A stretch of DNA of 64,000 bases from Lama glama (Eukaryota), in NCBI GenBank assembly GCA_028534125.1, contig CM052816.1, forward strand, positions 72,418,001 through 72,482,000, read 5' to 3'. Position numbers and translations under genes: made by a program. This document shows positions 51,612-64,000 of this stretch, piece after piece. Each line of letters begins with the position of its first letter. The first letter of the stretch is position 1. The notes beneath the pieces are model-generated. The model searched no databases, had not been told where the DNA came from, and saw nothing but the letters and a program-made list of their open reading frames with translations.

Positions 51612-51776
51612 GTGGTGCTTCTCAAACTTTAATATGTATGGGAATTACTTAAGGATCTTGTGAAAATAAAGCTTCTGATTTGTTAGGTCTAGAGTGAGGT
51701 TGAGATTCTGTATTTCTAATAACCAACAAGATGCTGATAATGCTGCTGGTCTGTACACCAACTTGGAGTAGTAAGG
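51612..51776. mobile_element. MER5A hAT-Charlie MITE
   Basis: gtgcttctcaaactttaat...ggatcttgtgaaaat...taggtctagagtgaggttgagattctgtatttctaa...tgctgctggtc...cttggagtagtaagg. Confidence 0.85.
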
Positions 51777-52082
51777 CCCTAGACTATCTTGAAAATCACT
51801 GTCAGACCCTTCCCCCACTTGAAATTTAGAATCTTTTTGATACTCTAATCATTTATGATCTCTAATTATTTGTGATAAGTGAGACCAAAATTACCTTCCT
51901 CAGTTGAAGAGTACAGTAGTGGGCAAGTCTTGCTTTCCTGAGTTGTCACTGAACTCAGTTGTTCTAGAGTTGGCAGGTGGCAGAGGCTTTTTATAAAATT
52001 TCTACCTGGTTGTCATTGTGACTTCGGAGTCTGGTTTTCAAATAATATAGAATGCTTTGGTAAAAGATCGGAGGAATCTTTG

Positions 52083-52164
52083 CAGGAGGGTATAGCTCAG
52101 TGGTAGAGCGTGTGCCTAGCAAGCATGAGGTCTAGGGTTCAATCCCCAGTCCCTCCATCAACAA

Positions 52165-52195
<31 letters not shown>

Positions 52196-52200
52196 ATATT
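52083..52200 (+). mobile_element. tRNA-Ala-derived camelid SINE (vic-1 type) with TSD and (TAAA)n tail
   Basis: gggtatagctcagtggtagagcgtgtgcctagcaagcatgaggtctagggttcaatccccagt. TSD GGAGGAATCTTTG at 52070-52082 and 52201-52213. Confidence 0.92.
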
Positions 52201-52274
52201 GGAGGAATCTTTGATATGAGTAAAAAAATTGAGAAATTTATGAGATTAGTCACATTTCAAACTAAAAAAAAAGA

Positions 52275-53080
52275 TTTATTCAGTTCAGTGGTGTTAGATC
52301 ACCTATTATTTTGGAGATCAAGAATTCAATGATAAATAAGATAGCCCTGTTCTTGTGGAGGCTACTATCTGATAGAGATAAAAAATTAAAATATAATTAT
52401 TAGGTAGTTCAATAACTATAAAACAATATTGCTATATACAATATACTATGGGTACAGAAAAAGAACTATATAATTCCACATGGAGCAATTAGGAAAGGCC
52501 TCAAAGGGACAAAATGGACAAAGCGGTGGAGGCAAATCTAGGCAACTCAAAGAAGGTAGTCAACAACACTAGGAATGAAAGTGCAAGTGGATTTGAAGTA
52601 TCGTTCCTCCTGTTACGTGCACAAAGTTCCAGCTTGGAATTGTGATAGTGGGAAGATGGGTAAAGATGAGTTTGGGGAAGAAATATAGGACCTTATGTGA
52701 AAGGGCTTTACATATTATGCTAAGGGATGTTAACTTTATCCAGTTGGCAATTGGCCTGATAGAGTTATTAGTAGTTATTAAGTGTGGAGGACATAATCAG
52801 ATATTTGTGATAGAAAGTCACCTTGGTGGAAGAGACAGGGAAGAGACTGGTAACTGGTGTACAGGACTGGGGAGAGACTGGACTCGGAGAAATGAGTTTT
52901 AAAAAAAAGACTACTGTAATGAGAATAATGGGGCCTGAACTAAGGTAAATAACATCTGTAAGATGAAGAGGACAAAACAGATCCCAATTCAGAGAATAAG
53001 GAAAAGGTCAGAGCTGAGGAGAGTGCTAAAAGGAGACGTTTTAGCCACTTGGTAGAAGTGATCTTACCCTTTAGAGCTGG
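52275..53080 (-). mobile_element. L2 fragment
   Basis: ccctgttcttgtggaggctactatct; tgctaagggatgttaactttatcc; gagaataatggggcctgaactaagg. Confidence 0.7.
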
Positions 53081-54867
53081 CAAGTGACTATAGATCATTT
53101 GGTTAATATGATAGGTTTCGCTGTATTACAGCACATTTTAAAAACATGCACTTGCTTTTTAAATTTATATTGCATTTTTTTTTTTGTGAATAAGAGCACA
53201 AATGCAGATTCACTTGTCCTTTTAGCCCTACCCACATGGACAACAGTTGTATCCAGGGAAACTGATTGGGTCATAGTGACATGAAGTTGAACTGTCCAAG
53301 ACACAGAGGGAAAAAGTGTACTCCATCCCAGGAACTTGCTTAGGTCAGCTTGCCTTATAATCGACAGCCTATGTGAATTCCTGGCTATTGTTTTTCTCTG
53401 ATTGTGATATTTCTTGACCACTCAAGAGACAGACCTCTTCTTCACACCGATTCTTCTAGCCTTGTATGCTACAGTTTTCTTCTGTCTGTTTCTCAGGCTA
53501 TGAAGCCATCCATACTGAACAATACCGTTGAAGTTCCTCTTTGTGTTCCTTCTCTAAGAAAGAAGGCAGACACAGATGGATTCACAGACTGATGTTTATT
53601 ATCAACTACATTTTATGATATGTCCTTCTGGAGTCATTAAACTAGAAGTGCTGAATTACATGTTATCTAATAGAGACCTTCAAAACTTTATATAAAACTT
53701 TACTATTCTATTGTATCACTTGGTTGGTTTAATAAATGCTTCATTTTTATTGGAAAATGATTTTTGGAAACCCATTTTGCTGTTTTACATGTAAATGTAC
53801 AAACTATCCAATCCAACATACATTTGTTGAAATCTTTTCATATGTACTTCACTGAGATAGGTTCTATGAGGATCCAAAAACAAAAAAGAGGCACAAGTTT
53901 TGATGATCTTATAATATGGTTGACTAAATAGATATACAGAGAAATAGACGGACTTATACAAATATTGGCATGATACATGACTGTCACATGAATGTAAACA
54001 GATCAAATGAGAGCCAATTAACAGCATTTGAAGACTTTGAAGAAGATTCCAGAATAGATTAGTGGGAAAGAGGCTTTGTAGAAAGTCAGGAGTCTTCAGT
54101 TTGCTCTTTTATTTTGTAATATTTTTGAAATATTTTCTTCATCAACTCCTGAACACTTTAAAATATATTTTAAATAACTTCTCACAAGCACATTTCTTGC
54201 CTACTCTCTCCATCCACTCAGTTTCTCGTTCTCTCTTTCCACTTCTTTTAGGTGCATTTTTGAATGAATTCCTCTGAGGAAGGTCTGATTTTATAGAATT
54301 CATGCCCTTCGTCCCTCAGAAAGCTTCCAACGGACTTACATGGCCCTCCTCAGACCGAGTCTGACTCAATTCACTTTCACAAACCATTAGATTGCAAGGT
54401 CCTTGAGGTAGGAATTGTCTGTATTTATCATTGAAGTCCTGGCTTTTGAGGAAGCTGTGCTATGGATTTACTACATTACAACACAAATTGCATTTGTTCC
54501 TTAAAATACAGAGTACATATTTGTTTTATTTAATATTGGTTGGATAATTTCCTTTTAAAAATATCAACCCCTGTCAATTTAGCTCTATTGCCCTTACAAG
54601 TAACTAGAAGACCTATCTGACTTTGAGAACAGATTTTATACAGTGCCTGGCATAGAGTCCCAAGAAAAGCATTCATAGATGCGTTGTTAAATAATGATGC
54701 TCATAATGACAAAATTTTTTTTTCTAGAATACATGTTATGGAATTTTATAAATGAGGAAACAGGTAAATAATTTAAAAATTATTGAGTGTACACAGTGAA
54801 AAGCAGTAAAAAATAACTTGCTTTTTGGTCTTATAATCAGAACATTAATACATATTTTTTACTTCAC

Positions 54868-54918
54868 TTCTAATTAAACAGCTAAGCATTTTCTAATTAA
54901 ATTGCTAAGCATTTTCTA
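54868..54918. repeat. 23-bp tandem duplication (about 2.2 copies)
   Basis: TTCTAATTAAACAGCTAAGCATT / TTCTAATTAAATTGCTAAGCATT / TTCTA. Confidence 0.9.
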
Positions 54919-56591
54919 GCCCAAATATTATCTTTATTTGTCTTCATAAACTTATCTTCTCCTGTGGAGCAACACTTAGCGTAACATTCCTTTATTTCTA
55001 AATAGGAAATTTGGCTTTTCTGCTTTAATCTATGTATGTTCCTTGACAAAAATAGTATTCTAAGTAGATTTTTATCAAGTTTCACAAGGTCTAGAAACTT
55101 TTATTTGTCTTCCATTTGCCCTGTTAACTGATACTTGAAAGAATTTTTCTACTTCACAGTCATGAATTCCTTGGATTTCTCATGGATTTCTCACTCTTGT
55201 GTTACCAGTGCTAAAACTTCTAGAATAACTAAACTAATCTTTATGTAAATAGAAACATGCCCCACAGTGCTCCACAGCTGCTATCAAGATGAAAATACCA
55301 ATCTTCACCTCACTCTGCTTACACCCAGCTAAGCAGCATCTGTAGCCAAACCTCTTTTGCCTCCAAACAAAGAATTGTAATGAGTTAGTCCATCTTCACA
55401 GAGAAGAGATTTGTTTATTTTTTACATTTCCAGAGATGTGTAAAGTATTAGCAGGATCTGATATTAAGGAGTTATTTTATGCCATCCTCATGAAACCCTG
55501 CCAAATCTGAGCATGTTTCCTGTTGTACAGTATGATCACAGTTGGCCACTGCTGGTGTCTTTGACTGTAAGGTATTATTGGATATATCCCTAATCTAGTT
55601 CCAGGGAGATACCTTGGGATGCTATTTAGCCAGAATTAATTCTGATTCTTTTACTGGAGAGAAGCTAAAGCTTGGGGCCATCACCATGGGAACTAGAACT
55701 CTTCTCCCGGTTGAGAATTGCAGTTTTGTAATAGCCATCCAAAGTATGAAATTCCAGTGTGATTTAAAAATACAGCTGGTATAAATTTTCAGAGAAAAAA
55801 TACATATTATTGGAGTTGGGAATATAAATGAAAGGAAAATCCAGTGTAGCCAGTTATGTAAAATTTCAAAGTCTAGGATGAGTGTACTATCTTCAGTATA
55901 ATTTCTTTTTAAATTTAAAACTATATACATGACTTCACTTGAAATACCTGAATGTCAACTCAGATAAATTATTTCACAGTTAAAAAGATTAGTATAAAAA
56001 TGAATATGACTCAGAGTTGGGAGTGGGAAGTGTGAGAGCAATAGTTTGAAGGCAAGAAGTGAGTCTTTGAAGTGTCTTACATAATATTCAAAATAAAAAT
56101 ACAGGGTGATACAAGCATTATCTTTGCAGACATTGATGATGTATGTGGATAATTTGTGTCATTTTAGAATTAACATTTATATAAAATTTTCTGAGTAAAA
56201 TGCCTTGCTGGACTAAGCACATTCAAGCAGAAAATCTTTTTTTTTTTTAAAGCATGGATATTCTGTATCAGTGGTATATAAGCTTTTTCTCATGGCAGAG
56301 AATCTAAAAAGTTGAGCTAGGAGTCAAATGGTCCAAAATGAATGATTAAACCTAACAATTACACAGTTGAACCTTAATAATCAATTTTTCTTAATTATTT
56401 TTTAAATTGTGCATATCAGCTTGTGAAATGAAGAAATGATGAAGAATCATCACAAAAAAAAAACCAGACTGTTTTATTCACAAAAATATTTTTAAAATGA
56501 CTTGTTTTGAAAAACATATTTGTGAAAATAAGGTAGTGTTTTAGGTTTTATTTGTTGATAATTTTCAAAAACTGTCATTTTTCCCTCTGAT

Positions 56592-57207
56592 TATGATAGG
56601 TAGAATTCCAAGATGGCCCCCCAAATTCCTCATTCCTTGTATACAGATCACATTTGATCTCCAGGACTAGAAATATGATAGATTTTGCTCCTGTGATTAG
56701 GTTATGTTTTAAGACACATTGACCCTCAAGACATGACGATCATCTGGATATTCCTGACTGCATCATATGAGCCATATTAAGTAGAGAGTTTTTCTATGGG
56801 TGATCTCAGAAAAAGAAGTCAGAGGGATTCAAAGCATGAGAGGGGTTTGAAGCACGGGCTGTTCTCCATTACTGGGTTGGACAAGGCCACTGGCAAGGAC
56901 CTGAAAACAGCCTCAAGGAGCTGGGACCTGTCCCTGTCCACAGCTAGCAAAACAACAGGGATCTAACTTCCACAGCCACAAGGGAATTAATTCTGCCAAC
57001 AACCTCAGTGAGCTTGGAAGCAGATCTCTTGTCAGAATTTCAAAATAAGAATGCAGCCCGGTTGACACTGTTTTCAGCCTGTGAGACCTTGAGCTGAGAA
57101 CTCAACCACACTGTGCCTGAACTCCTGACCTGTAAAACTGTGAGGTAATAAATAGATGTTGTTTAAGGCCACTAAGCTTGTCATAGTCACAACAGAAAGC
57201 AAATACA
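56592..57207 (+). mobile_element. MLT1 (MLT1D/E-like) solo LTR
   Basis: tgataggtagaattccaagatggcccc start; attctgccaacaacctcagtgagcttggaagcagat; aactgtgaggtaataaat...gcaaataca end. Confidence 0.9.
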
Positions 57208-57405
57208 CTGACTTTTCCCAACATGATTGCTTTGTGCTTAGTCATAGACTTAGAAGCTCAAAGCTAGACAAAGCAAAACAAGGATAATAGGGGACATGTA
57301 TTACTCTCTCATATCATATTTTATAGATTTGAAGAGAGAATCAAGTATGTATTTTCTGTGTAAAATGCTTCAGGCTACTCTTCTTTAATAACCTGGAAAT
57401 TCCAT

Positions 57406-57937
57406 TTTATTAGTCAGGAAACAAAACCAATAGGATCTCTCTCTCTGTCTCTGTCTGTCTCTCCACCTAGAGACAGAGGTAGAGACAGAGATTGGTATAC
57501 TGCAAGGGATTGGCTCATATGGTATTATAGAGGCTGAGAAGTTCTGAGATCTGCAGTCAGCAAGCTGGAGACCCAGGAGAGCCAGTGGTTTAGGTCCAGT
57601 CTGAATCCACAAGGCTCAAGACTCAAGACATAGGAAAACCAACGTTTCAGTTAAAGTCTGATGACAGGAAAAAACAAACAAACAAATGGATGTCCCAGCT
57701 AGAAGGCAGTCAGGTAGGAGTTACTCACAGGAAGATTATCATTTTTTTAGTCAGTCTTTCAACTAATTGGATGGGGCGCACTCACATTAGGGAGGGCAAT
57801 CTACTTTATTCAGTCTACTGATTCAAATGTTAATCTCATGCAGAAACACCCTCACAGACACATCCAGAATAATGTTTGACCAAATGTCGGGGCACTCTGT
57901 GAACCAGTAAAGTTGACATGTAAAATTAACAATCATG
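57406..57937 (-). mobile_element. MLT2 solo LTR
   Basis: gcaagctggagacccaggagagcc; gggagggcaatctactttattcagtctactgattcaaatgttaatctcat; agttgacatgtaaaattaacaatca. Confidence 0.9.
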
Positions 57938-58062
57938 TCTATCATGAATTACAGCTTTATAATTAGTGTTTACATGTACTTCAATACATAACTTTCATAT
58001 TTATGTTTGGGAAGAAGGGATCATAGAAAAAAAAAAAGACTGAGGGTAGAAAGTGGTAGGGT

Positions 58063-58155
58063 GAGAAGATAGGGAGAGGAAGAGGGAGAACAATAGGGAG
58101 ATAGAGGGGAGGGAGGGAAGGAAGAGGAGAGGGGAAGAGAGAGAGAGAGAGAGAA
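58063..58155. repeat. GA-rich low-complexity tract
   Basis: Uninterrupted 53-nt purine run at 58103-58155. Confidence 0.9.
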
Positions 58156-58300
58156 TACAGAAACATCAGAAGCCAAAAACGTTTACTTAATAATGGAAAA
58201 TGGATGATTTACAAAGCTGGCAATGAAGCAGTGGCCCTAAACATACAGTTCAACCTCCTTCATGCAGCATTTCTTCCTTTAAAATGCTGTCATAAAACTA

Positions 58301-58484
58301 CGGTAGGCACTCTAGATCCATGAGTCATTCACTGGTTTAACTATGTTAGGATCTGTGGTTGGTTGAATCTGCAGATGCAGAACCCCTGATATGGAGGGCC
58401 AACTATGGGACTTGAACATCAGCAGGTTTTAGTGTCAAAGGCAGGTCCTGAATCCAGTCCCCCTGTAGATACTGAGGGAGACTA
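58301..58484 (-). mobile_element. MER2-like TcMar-Tigger MITE (internally deleted)
   Basis: gtggttggttgaatctgcagatgcagaacccctgatatggagggccaact and ggtcctgaatccagtccccctgtagatactgagggagact match MER2/Tigger ends. Confidence 0.8.
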
Positions 58485-59064
58485 TTTAATTTCTCATCCT
58501 CTTTGTCAAACTTAAATGAGCACTGATTCTATAATCATAAGCCCAAGGAAAGCTAGGCTTTGATTGCCTATTAAGTACCACTACATTTTTATTCATTTTA
58601 TATTAAGTTAGTGATGTGTTACTTATTATATATATTTAACTTATTAGCCTTTATGCTTTCTTGTTGGTTTTAATGATAGTATTTAGTATCTACAGAACTT
58701 TTGTGGCCATGGTACTTTTAACATGTCAATAACATTAATTTTCATCCAAAAGAATGTGAAATGTTTGGGGAAATCACAAATTGTCATATTTCAGTGCAAG
58801 GAATTTGATCATTCTTTAAAAACATTAACAAATCAGAATATTTGTAACTTGTTTATAAAATGTCATTTTTTATGCTCAATTTCTTTTACTTTTACCGATC
58901 TATTTCCATGTGCATATTTCCCATTTAACAAAATTACCTAAGTATTTAGAATTTATATTCATTGAGATGCACTAGAAATTGTTAAAAGCTAAAAGCTGAA
59001 TTTTATTATGTTATAGTTAGTTACTGTCTTAGATATGACTATAATTGATTCAATAAGCATTTCT

Positions 59065-59210
59065 CTATTCATTTATTCATTTATTCACTCAACAAATATG
59101 CACTCAATTAATATGCCAGACCTTTGTTGAGTTCTAACTATAAAATGGGATAGATATAACTTCTATATCTCCAAAGCGCTAAGAATATAAGGATGAATAA
59201 GACATTATCC
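59065..59210 (-). mobile_element. L2 3' end
   Basis: ttcatttattcatttattcactcaacaaatatgcactca...tatgccagac. Confidence 0.75.
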
Positions 59211-59212
59211 TT

Positions 59213-59680
59213 TGTGACTATTTGGGTTCTCTAAATGAAATTAAATGAGCAATACATTTATAGTGCAGAAGGATTAAGGAGTGAGAGATAGAGAAAATGG
59301 GAAGAGTCTTCAGACCATGATGCAGTTTTGACACATCTGAGGTAGAGAAAGAAGGAAAGAGGATTGAAAAGGAAGAGTCTGAGACTCTAAGAAAGAGTCT
59401 TAGAGAATTCTAAAGAGTCTAAGAAAGTTTGGCCATCCTTGGTTGATGAGATGTTCTCAAGTCATGACTACCTGTTGAAAGAGTTCAGCGTTATGCAGAA
59501 AAAGGCCCCCATTAAGTATTTCCACTGGGCTCAGTCATTGGCTATACACAGCCCATAGGAAGCATGGCTTCAGTACAAACGTGATGGTGGATTCAAAAAG
59601 GCAACATCTGGGCTGTTGGTCAGCCATGCTCCTTGGTGCAGGCATGGTAAATTTTCATGGCCACCAGAATCTACTCCACA
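59213..59680 (-). mobile_element. LTR16-family 3' LTR
   Basis: gtcttcagaccatgatgcag; gaaagtttggcc; gctcagtcattggct...agcatggcttcag; TG...CA termini. Confidence 0.7.
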
Positions 59681-61160
59681 GCACAGATCTACTGCTCCCT
59701 GTATATCTTGAGAGCACCTTCTCCATGGTTCCTGTGGCCTCTTTCCTGAAGGCAGATTTGTAAAGAAGAGGTTAGTGGGATGAACTGTACCCCTTACTGT
59801 TGCAATTGATCTTGAGGCTGAAACTGATGCTTTTCTCCTTTACTATCCATTTTATATTACTCACACCCTTACTTATCACCACAGCTGGCTTCGATGGTGT
59901 GATGACCTAGAATCTACCGGAGACAGTTGAGCCCTTGCTAATTATACCCTTTTCAGTCTGGGTTGCTATGTGTGTCCATTCACAGTTAAGATGGGGAAAG
60001 TTATAAAACCAGGAGGTACTCAAGTGATCGCTTTGATTCTACCGATCACTTCGGTGTATTCCTTCTTAACTATGCTGTGTAGAAGAAATCCTCTTCTTCC
60101 TGCTGGTCAGAGTCAATTACCCCTCCCACTATGATGAATTCATTTGACTGACACTCTCTGGGCATAAGAAATCCAAAAATGCCTTGCTGGCAGCCATTAT
60201 CTATAAATCAGTGGAATCATTGCTATGCAGTCTGGAAAGAGTATGCTTCCTTTGAAGACTAGGACTTCTAAACCTGCAGCCTAAATCTTCAGCAATAGAG
60301 TTGCAGGGTTAAGAAACTCAAATTCTCCGGTGGGTTATTGAGTGAGATGGCAAGTGGGGCCACCTTTGCTTTTACCTCTGGTTTTGGACCTATGTGTACT
60401 TTGTATAGGAGACAGAGTGCCATATGGAATTTTATGCTTTACTGCATATATTGCATCCTAAAGAATGGCACTCTGTTGTTTCCAAGTGTTACCTCTGAAG
60501 TGGCACTTAGTTTCGCTGCGCGTTTAAGGTTATTCCAAAGCTCAGTGAGACCAGCCAGCTTTGGGATGGGATAGTTTGTGATATGGCCGTTAGATCTTAT
60601 GGTCACGTGCCCACTTTAACACTTCCTGGTCAGATACTATTTTGTGTGGATTCCATGCCTGTGAACCAAGCATTTAGTTAGCCTCCAGATCGTGGTGCTG
60701 ACTTAGGCTTTGTGGACAGACCAGCTAACACCTGGAATAGATGTTTATTATAGTGAAAAAATATCTCTGATCTTTGTAAGGAAAGGGGCTTGGTGTAGTT
60801 GACTTGCCATCCAGTTGCAAATTGGTATCCTTGAGGAAGAGTACCATATCAGGGGCTCAGCACTGATCTCTGTTGCTATTAGATTGGGCATTCAAAGTCC
60901 AGCAGTTACTAGATAGGCTTTGGCAAGTAGAAGGTCATGCTCTCAGGTTAATATATAACTTTCATCTCTGTCTCTGTGGACAGTTAGTTCACATGCTCAC
61001 TATCTTTATTTAAGGATGACATAGACTAAAATTCTCAACTGTTAGAGTTGTTTTATCCACTTAGTTTTTTAGTGTTTCTTTCATTGTGGATGATTTCTTA
61101 TAGGAATTAATGTGCAACATAAAAATCTTCACACATTGTAACCACTTTCATATGTTCACT
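59681..61160 (-). mobile_element. ERVL-class internal region (decayed pol)
   Basis: Minus strand near 61100-61157 translates to K-W-L-Q-C-V-K-I-F-M-L-H-I-N, resembling the ERVL pol RNase H segment EWA..VKIFVSHVNAH. GC-richer retroviral-like sequence contiguous with the LTR. Confidence 0.7.
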
Positions 61161-61779
61161 GTTGAAATTTCTCTCCTTTGTGTTCTCCTCACACCTTATT
61201 TATGTAACAGTATTACACTTGTTGCAATTATTTGTTTATATGACATTTATGCATTGCTACCGTTTCTTAATTCTTATAGTCTTACTTTCATATTTTTATG
61301 TTTTAATTTATCTATAATAAGTTCTCTGTTTTTCCCAAACAAGTTGACTGGTATTTTCTTTTTCCTTTCTTTGGGAATGGTAGTTGGGCTGGTTATCTTC
61401 AAAATCATCTGTCTTCAATGCCATAAATGCTACGATGTTGTCTTCCAAAATTTGGCATAGTAAGTAATAACACTGATATTAATCTGATTATCTTTATTCA
61501 GGTAAAATATTTGTTCAGAAATTGACATGATTTTTTTCTTTATCATTAGTTTGCAAACTTCACCAAAAATATATCTGGGTATATATATCTTTATTCAATG
61601 TTTGTCACTGAAATCACATCTTTGTTCTTCTTTCTTCATTATCCTCAGTCACCTTTTCTGAAAATCTTGTCAAAAGTTTTTGTGTCTCTTCAATTTTTCC
61701 TTTTTTATGGTTTTCTCTCAAGTTTTCCTCTTTTTACTGCTAATGAGATGCTGTTATATGCCAAGTAGAAAGTATATAA

Positions 61780-62470
61780 ACCAAAAGGCTGATAATAACA
61801 CATCATTCAAGGATATGGGGAAAAAGTAGAAAATTTATATACTTCTGGCAGAAATGTGGAATGTTAAAGCTACTTTAGAAAATAATTTGGCAGTTTCTTA
61901 AAAAGTTAAACATCTATTTAATTCAAAATCTAGTATTTACACTCCTATCTATTCAAGGAACTAAAATATAAATGTTTGCAAGAAGAATTGTTTGTGAATG
62001 TTCATGCTATCATTACTACATAACAGTGCTAAATTGAAAAAAATCCAAAATCCATCAACTAGTAAATGGATAAACAAAATGAGGGATATCTATATAATAG
62101 AATACTACTCAGTGGTAAGAAGTAACAAACTATTGACATATACAGCAACATGAATGAACCTCAAAGACATTATATTAAATGAAATAAGACAGACATGAAA
62201 GTCTACGTATTGAATTACTCCATTTATATGAAATGTCTAGAAAAGGCAAATATAGAGAGACAGAAAGCAGATCAGTGACTGCTTAGGGCTAGGGGTGGGA
62301 ACTGGGATTAAATACAAAGTGTCATGAGGGAAATTTGTGGGTTGATAGAAATGTTTTAAAAATTGAATTGTAATAATGGTTACACAACTGTGTAAATTTA
62401 CTAAAAATCATCGAACTATTCATTTTAAATGAGTGATGGCTCTACTATGTAAAGTATACCTTAATAGAGC
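61780..62470 (+). mobile_element. L1MB-type 3' end
   Basis: tttggcagtttcttaaaaagttaaac; aatggataaacaaaatg; gtctagaaaaggcaaa...gagacagaaagcagatcagtg. Confidence 0.88.
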
Positions 62471-62617
62471 AACTATGATTTTTTCGCTCTTGACAAATCC
62501 TCTGAGTTCATATCCTAAACCAACACTGATTTTTAGCTGAATTTATTCTAATATCTATTAACCATATGTGTTATTTTCTAAAATCTACTTTTGTTCTTTT
62601 TATATGGCAGACTACTT

Positions 62618-63309
62618 ATTTTGAAAATTAATAGATTTTAAATTTTCAGAGAAGTTTTAGGTTTATAGGAAAATCCTCTGGAAAGTACAGAGTTCGCATA
62701 TAATACCTCCCCCACACAGGTTGTCTTATTATTTCCATCTGTATTGGTGGGATACATTTGTTATAATTGATGCACCAATATTGGTACATTATTATTAACT
62801 AAAGTCCACAGTTTACATTAGGTTCACTGTCTTGGTCATTCTGTAGGTTTGACAAATGCATAATTACATGTGTCCACCACTGTGGTATCATACAGAATAC
62901 TTTCACTGCCCTAAAATCTCCTGTGCTCCAGCTATTTGCCCCTCCTACTCTTTGCTCCCCACTACTGACCCTGAGCCCCTGATATTTTTACTTTCTCCAT
63001 AGTTTTGCTCTTTCCAGACTATCATGTATTTGGAATCATATGTTACATAGATCTTTTTAGGTTGGCTTCTTTCACTTAGAAATATGCATTTGAAGTCTCT
63101 CTATGTCTTTTTGTAATGAAATACCTTATTTCTCTTTTAAATTCATGAATAATACTTCCTTTTATGGGAGTTCCATAGTTTTTTCCAATCCATTCACCTA
63201 TTAAAGGACATCTTGGTTGCTTACAAGGTTTAGTGGTTATGAAGAAAGTTGTATAAACATTTGTGTGAGGATTTTTTTGGACATGAGTTTTAAATTTATT
63301 TGGGTAAAT
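62618..63309 (-). mobile_element. L1MC-type 3' end
   Basis: aaagtacagagttc; catttgttataattgatgcaccaatattggtacattattattaactaaagtccacagtttacattaggttcact. Confidence 0.88.
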
Positions 63310-63327
63310 TAAAAATTTCTGTTCTGT

Positions 63328-63688
63328 GGAAATGCAAATCAAAACTACAATGAGGTACCACTTCACACCAGTCAGAATGATCATCATTCAAAAGTCCACA
63401 AATGATAAATGCTGGAGAGGGTGTGGAGAAAAGGGAACCCTCCTTCACTGCTGGTGGGAATGTAGTTTGGCGCAGCCATTATGACAAACAGTATGGAGAT
63501 TCCTTAAAAAACTGAAAATAGACTTACCAAATGATCCAGCAGTCCCACTCCTAGGTATATATCCAGAGGGAACTCTAATTTAAAAATATACATGCACCCC
63601 AATATCCATAGCAGCACTGTTTACAATAGCCAAGACATGGAAACAACCTAAATACCCATTGATAAATGACTGGATAAAGAAATTGTGG

Positions 63689-63721
<33 letters not shown>

Positions 63722-64000
63722 CACGAACAGAATACTACTTAGCCATAAAAAAGAATAAAATAGTGCCATTTGCTGCAACATGGATGGACCTGGAGATCAT
63801 CATTCTAAGTGAAATAAGCCAGAAAGAGAAAGAAAAATACCATGTGATATCACTTATATGTGGAATCTAAAAAAAAAAAGACACAAATGAACTTATTTAC
63901 AAAACAGAAACAGACTTGCAGACTTACGGTTACCAAGGGGGAAAACAGGCAGGAAGGGATAAATTGGGAGTTCAAGATTTGCAGATACTAATTACTATAT
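63328..64000 (+). mobile_element. Young 5'-truncated L1 (runs off the window)
   Basis: gaaatgcaaatcaaaactacaatgaggtaccacttcacaccagtcagaatg. ORF 63685-63870 EYYLAIKKNKIVPFAATWMDLEIIILSEISQKEKEKYHVISLICGI is the ORF2 terminus. Confidence 0.95.
63689..63720. repeat. (TATC)8 microsatellite
   Basis: Perfect tetranucleotide run inside the L1. Confidence 0.95.

Noticed and set aside
52086..52157. Functional tRNA-Ala gene (also 44862-44940)
   Set aside because: Stem mismatches, an A-rich tail, a TSD at the 52083 copy and no Pol III T-run terminator indicate SINE copies.
53470..53600. Plus-strand exon after TTTTCTTCTGTCTGTTTCTCAG (~53498)
   Set aside because: Good acceptor, but no nearby donor and no recognisable peptide, so it cannot be told apart from chance.
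41266..61160. The two ERVL remnants as halves of one rearranged provirus
   Set aside because: They are in opposite orientations, ~17 kb apart, and the two LTRs do not look like sister copies. Independent insertions are simpler.
1869..63870. The ORFs in the supplied track as protein-coding genes
   Set aside because: All are 116 aa or shorter with low-complexity composition. The only recognisable homologies are decayed L1 ORF2, hAT transposase and ERVL gag.

Overview
AT-rich, CpG-depleted, repeat-dense mammalian genomic DNA. It is very likely camelid (camel, alpaca or llama), based on two tRNA-Ala-derived vic-1-type SINEs; the young L1 3' ends fit an artiodactyl. The window looks like deep intron or intergenic sequence. 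I recognise no intact protein-coding gene. The few ORFs with recognisable homology are decayed transposon remnants (L1 ORF2, a hAT transposase C-terminus, ERVL gag). Most of the window is a layered fossil record of L1, L2, MIR, MLT1/MLT2/LTR16/LTR33/MER41-like LTRs and DNA transposons (MER20, MER5, MER2-like, Charlie1, a near full-length Cheshire). The most unusual items are a ~365-bp foldback element built from inverted arrays of a ~29-bp subrepeat (8737-9102), a young L1 with a perfect 16-bp TSD and a probable 3' transduction (32140-32816), microsatellites born at the same L1 site in two copies, and some splice-site-bounded candidate microexons and enhancer-motif clusters in unique DNA. I found no convincing novel multi-gene system. 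Repeat names come from recalled consensus sequences, not a search, and boundaries are approximate.
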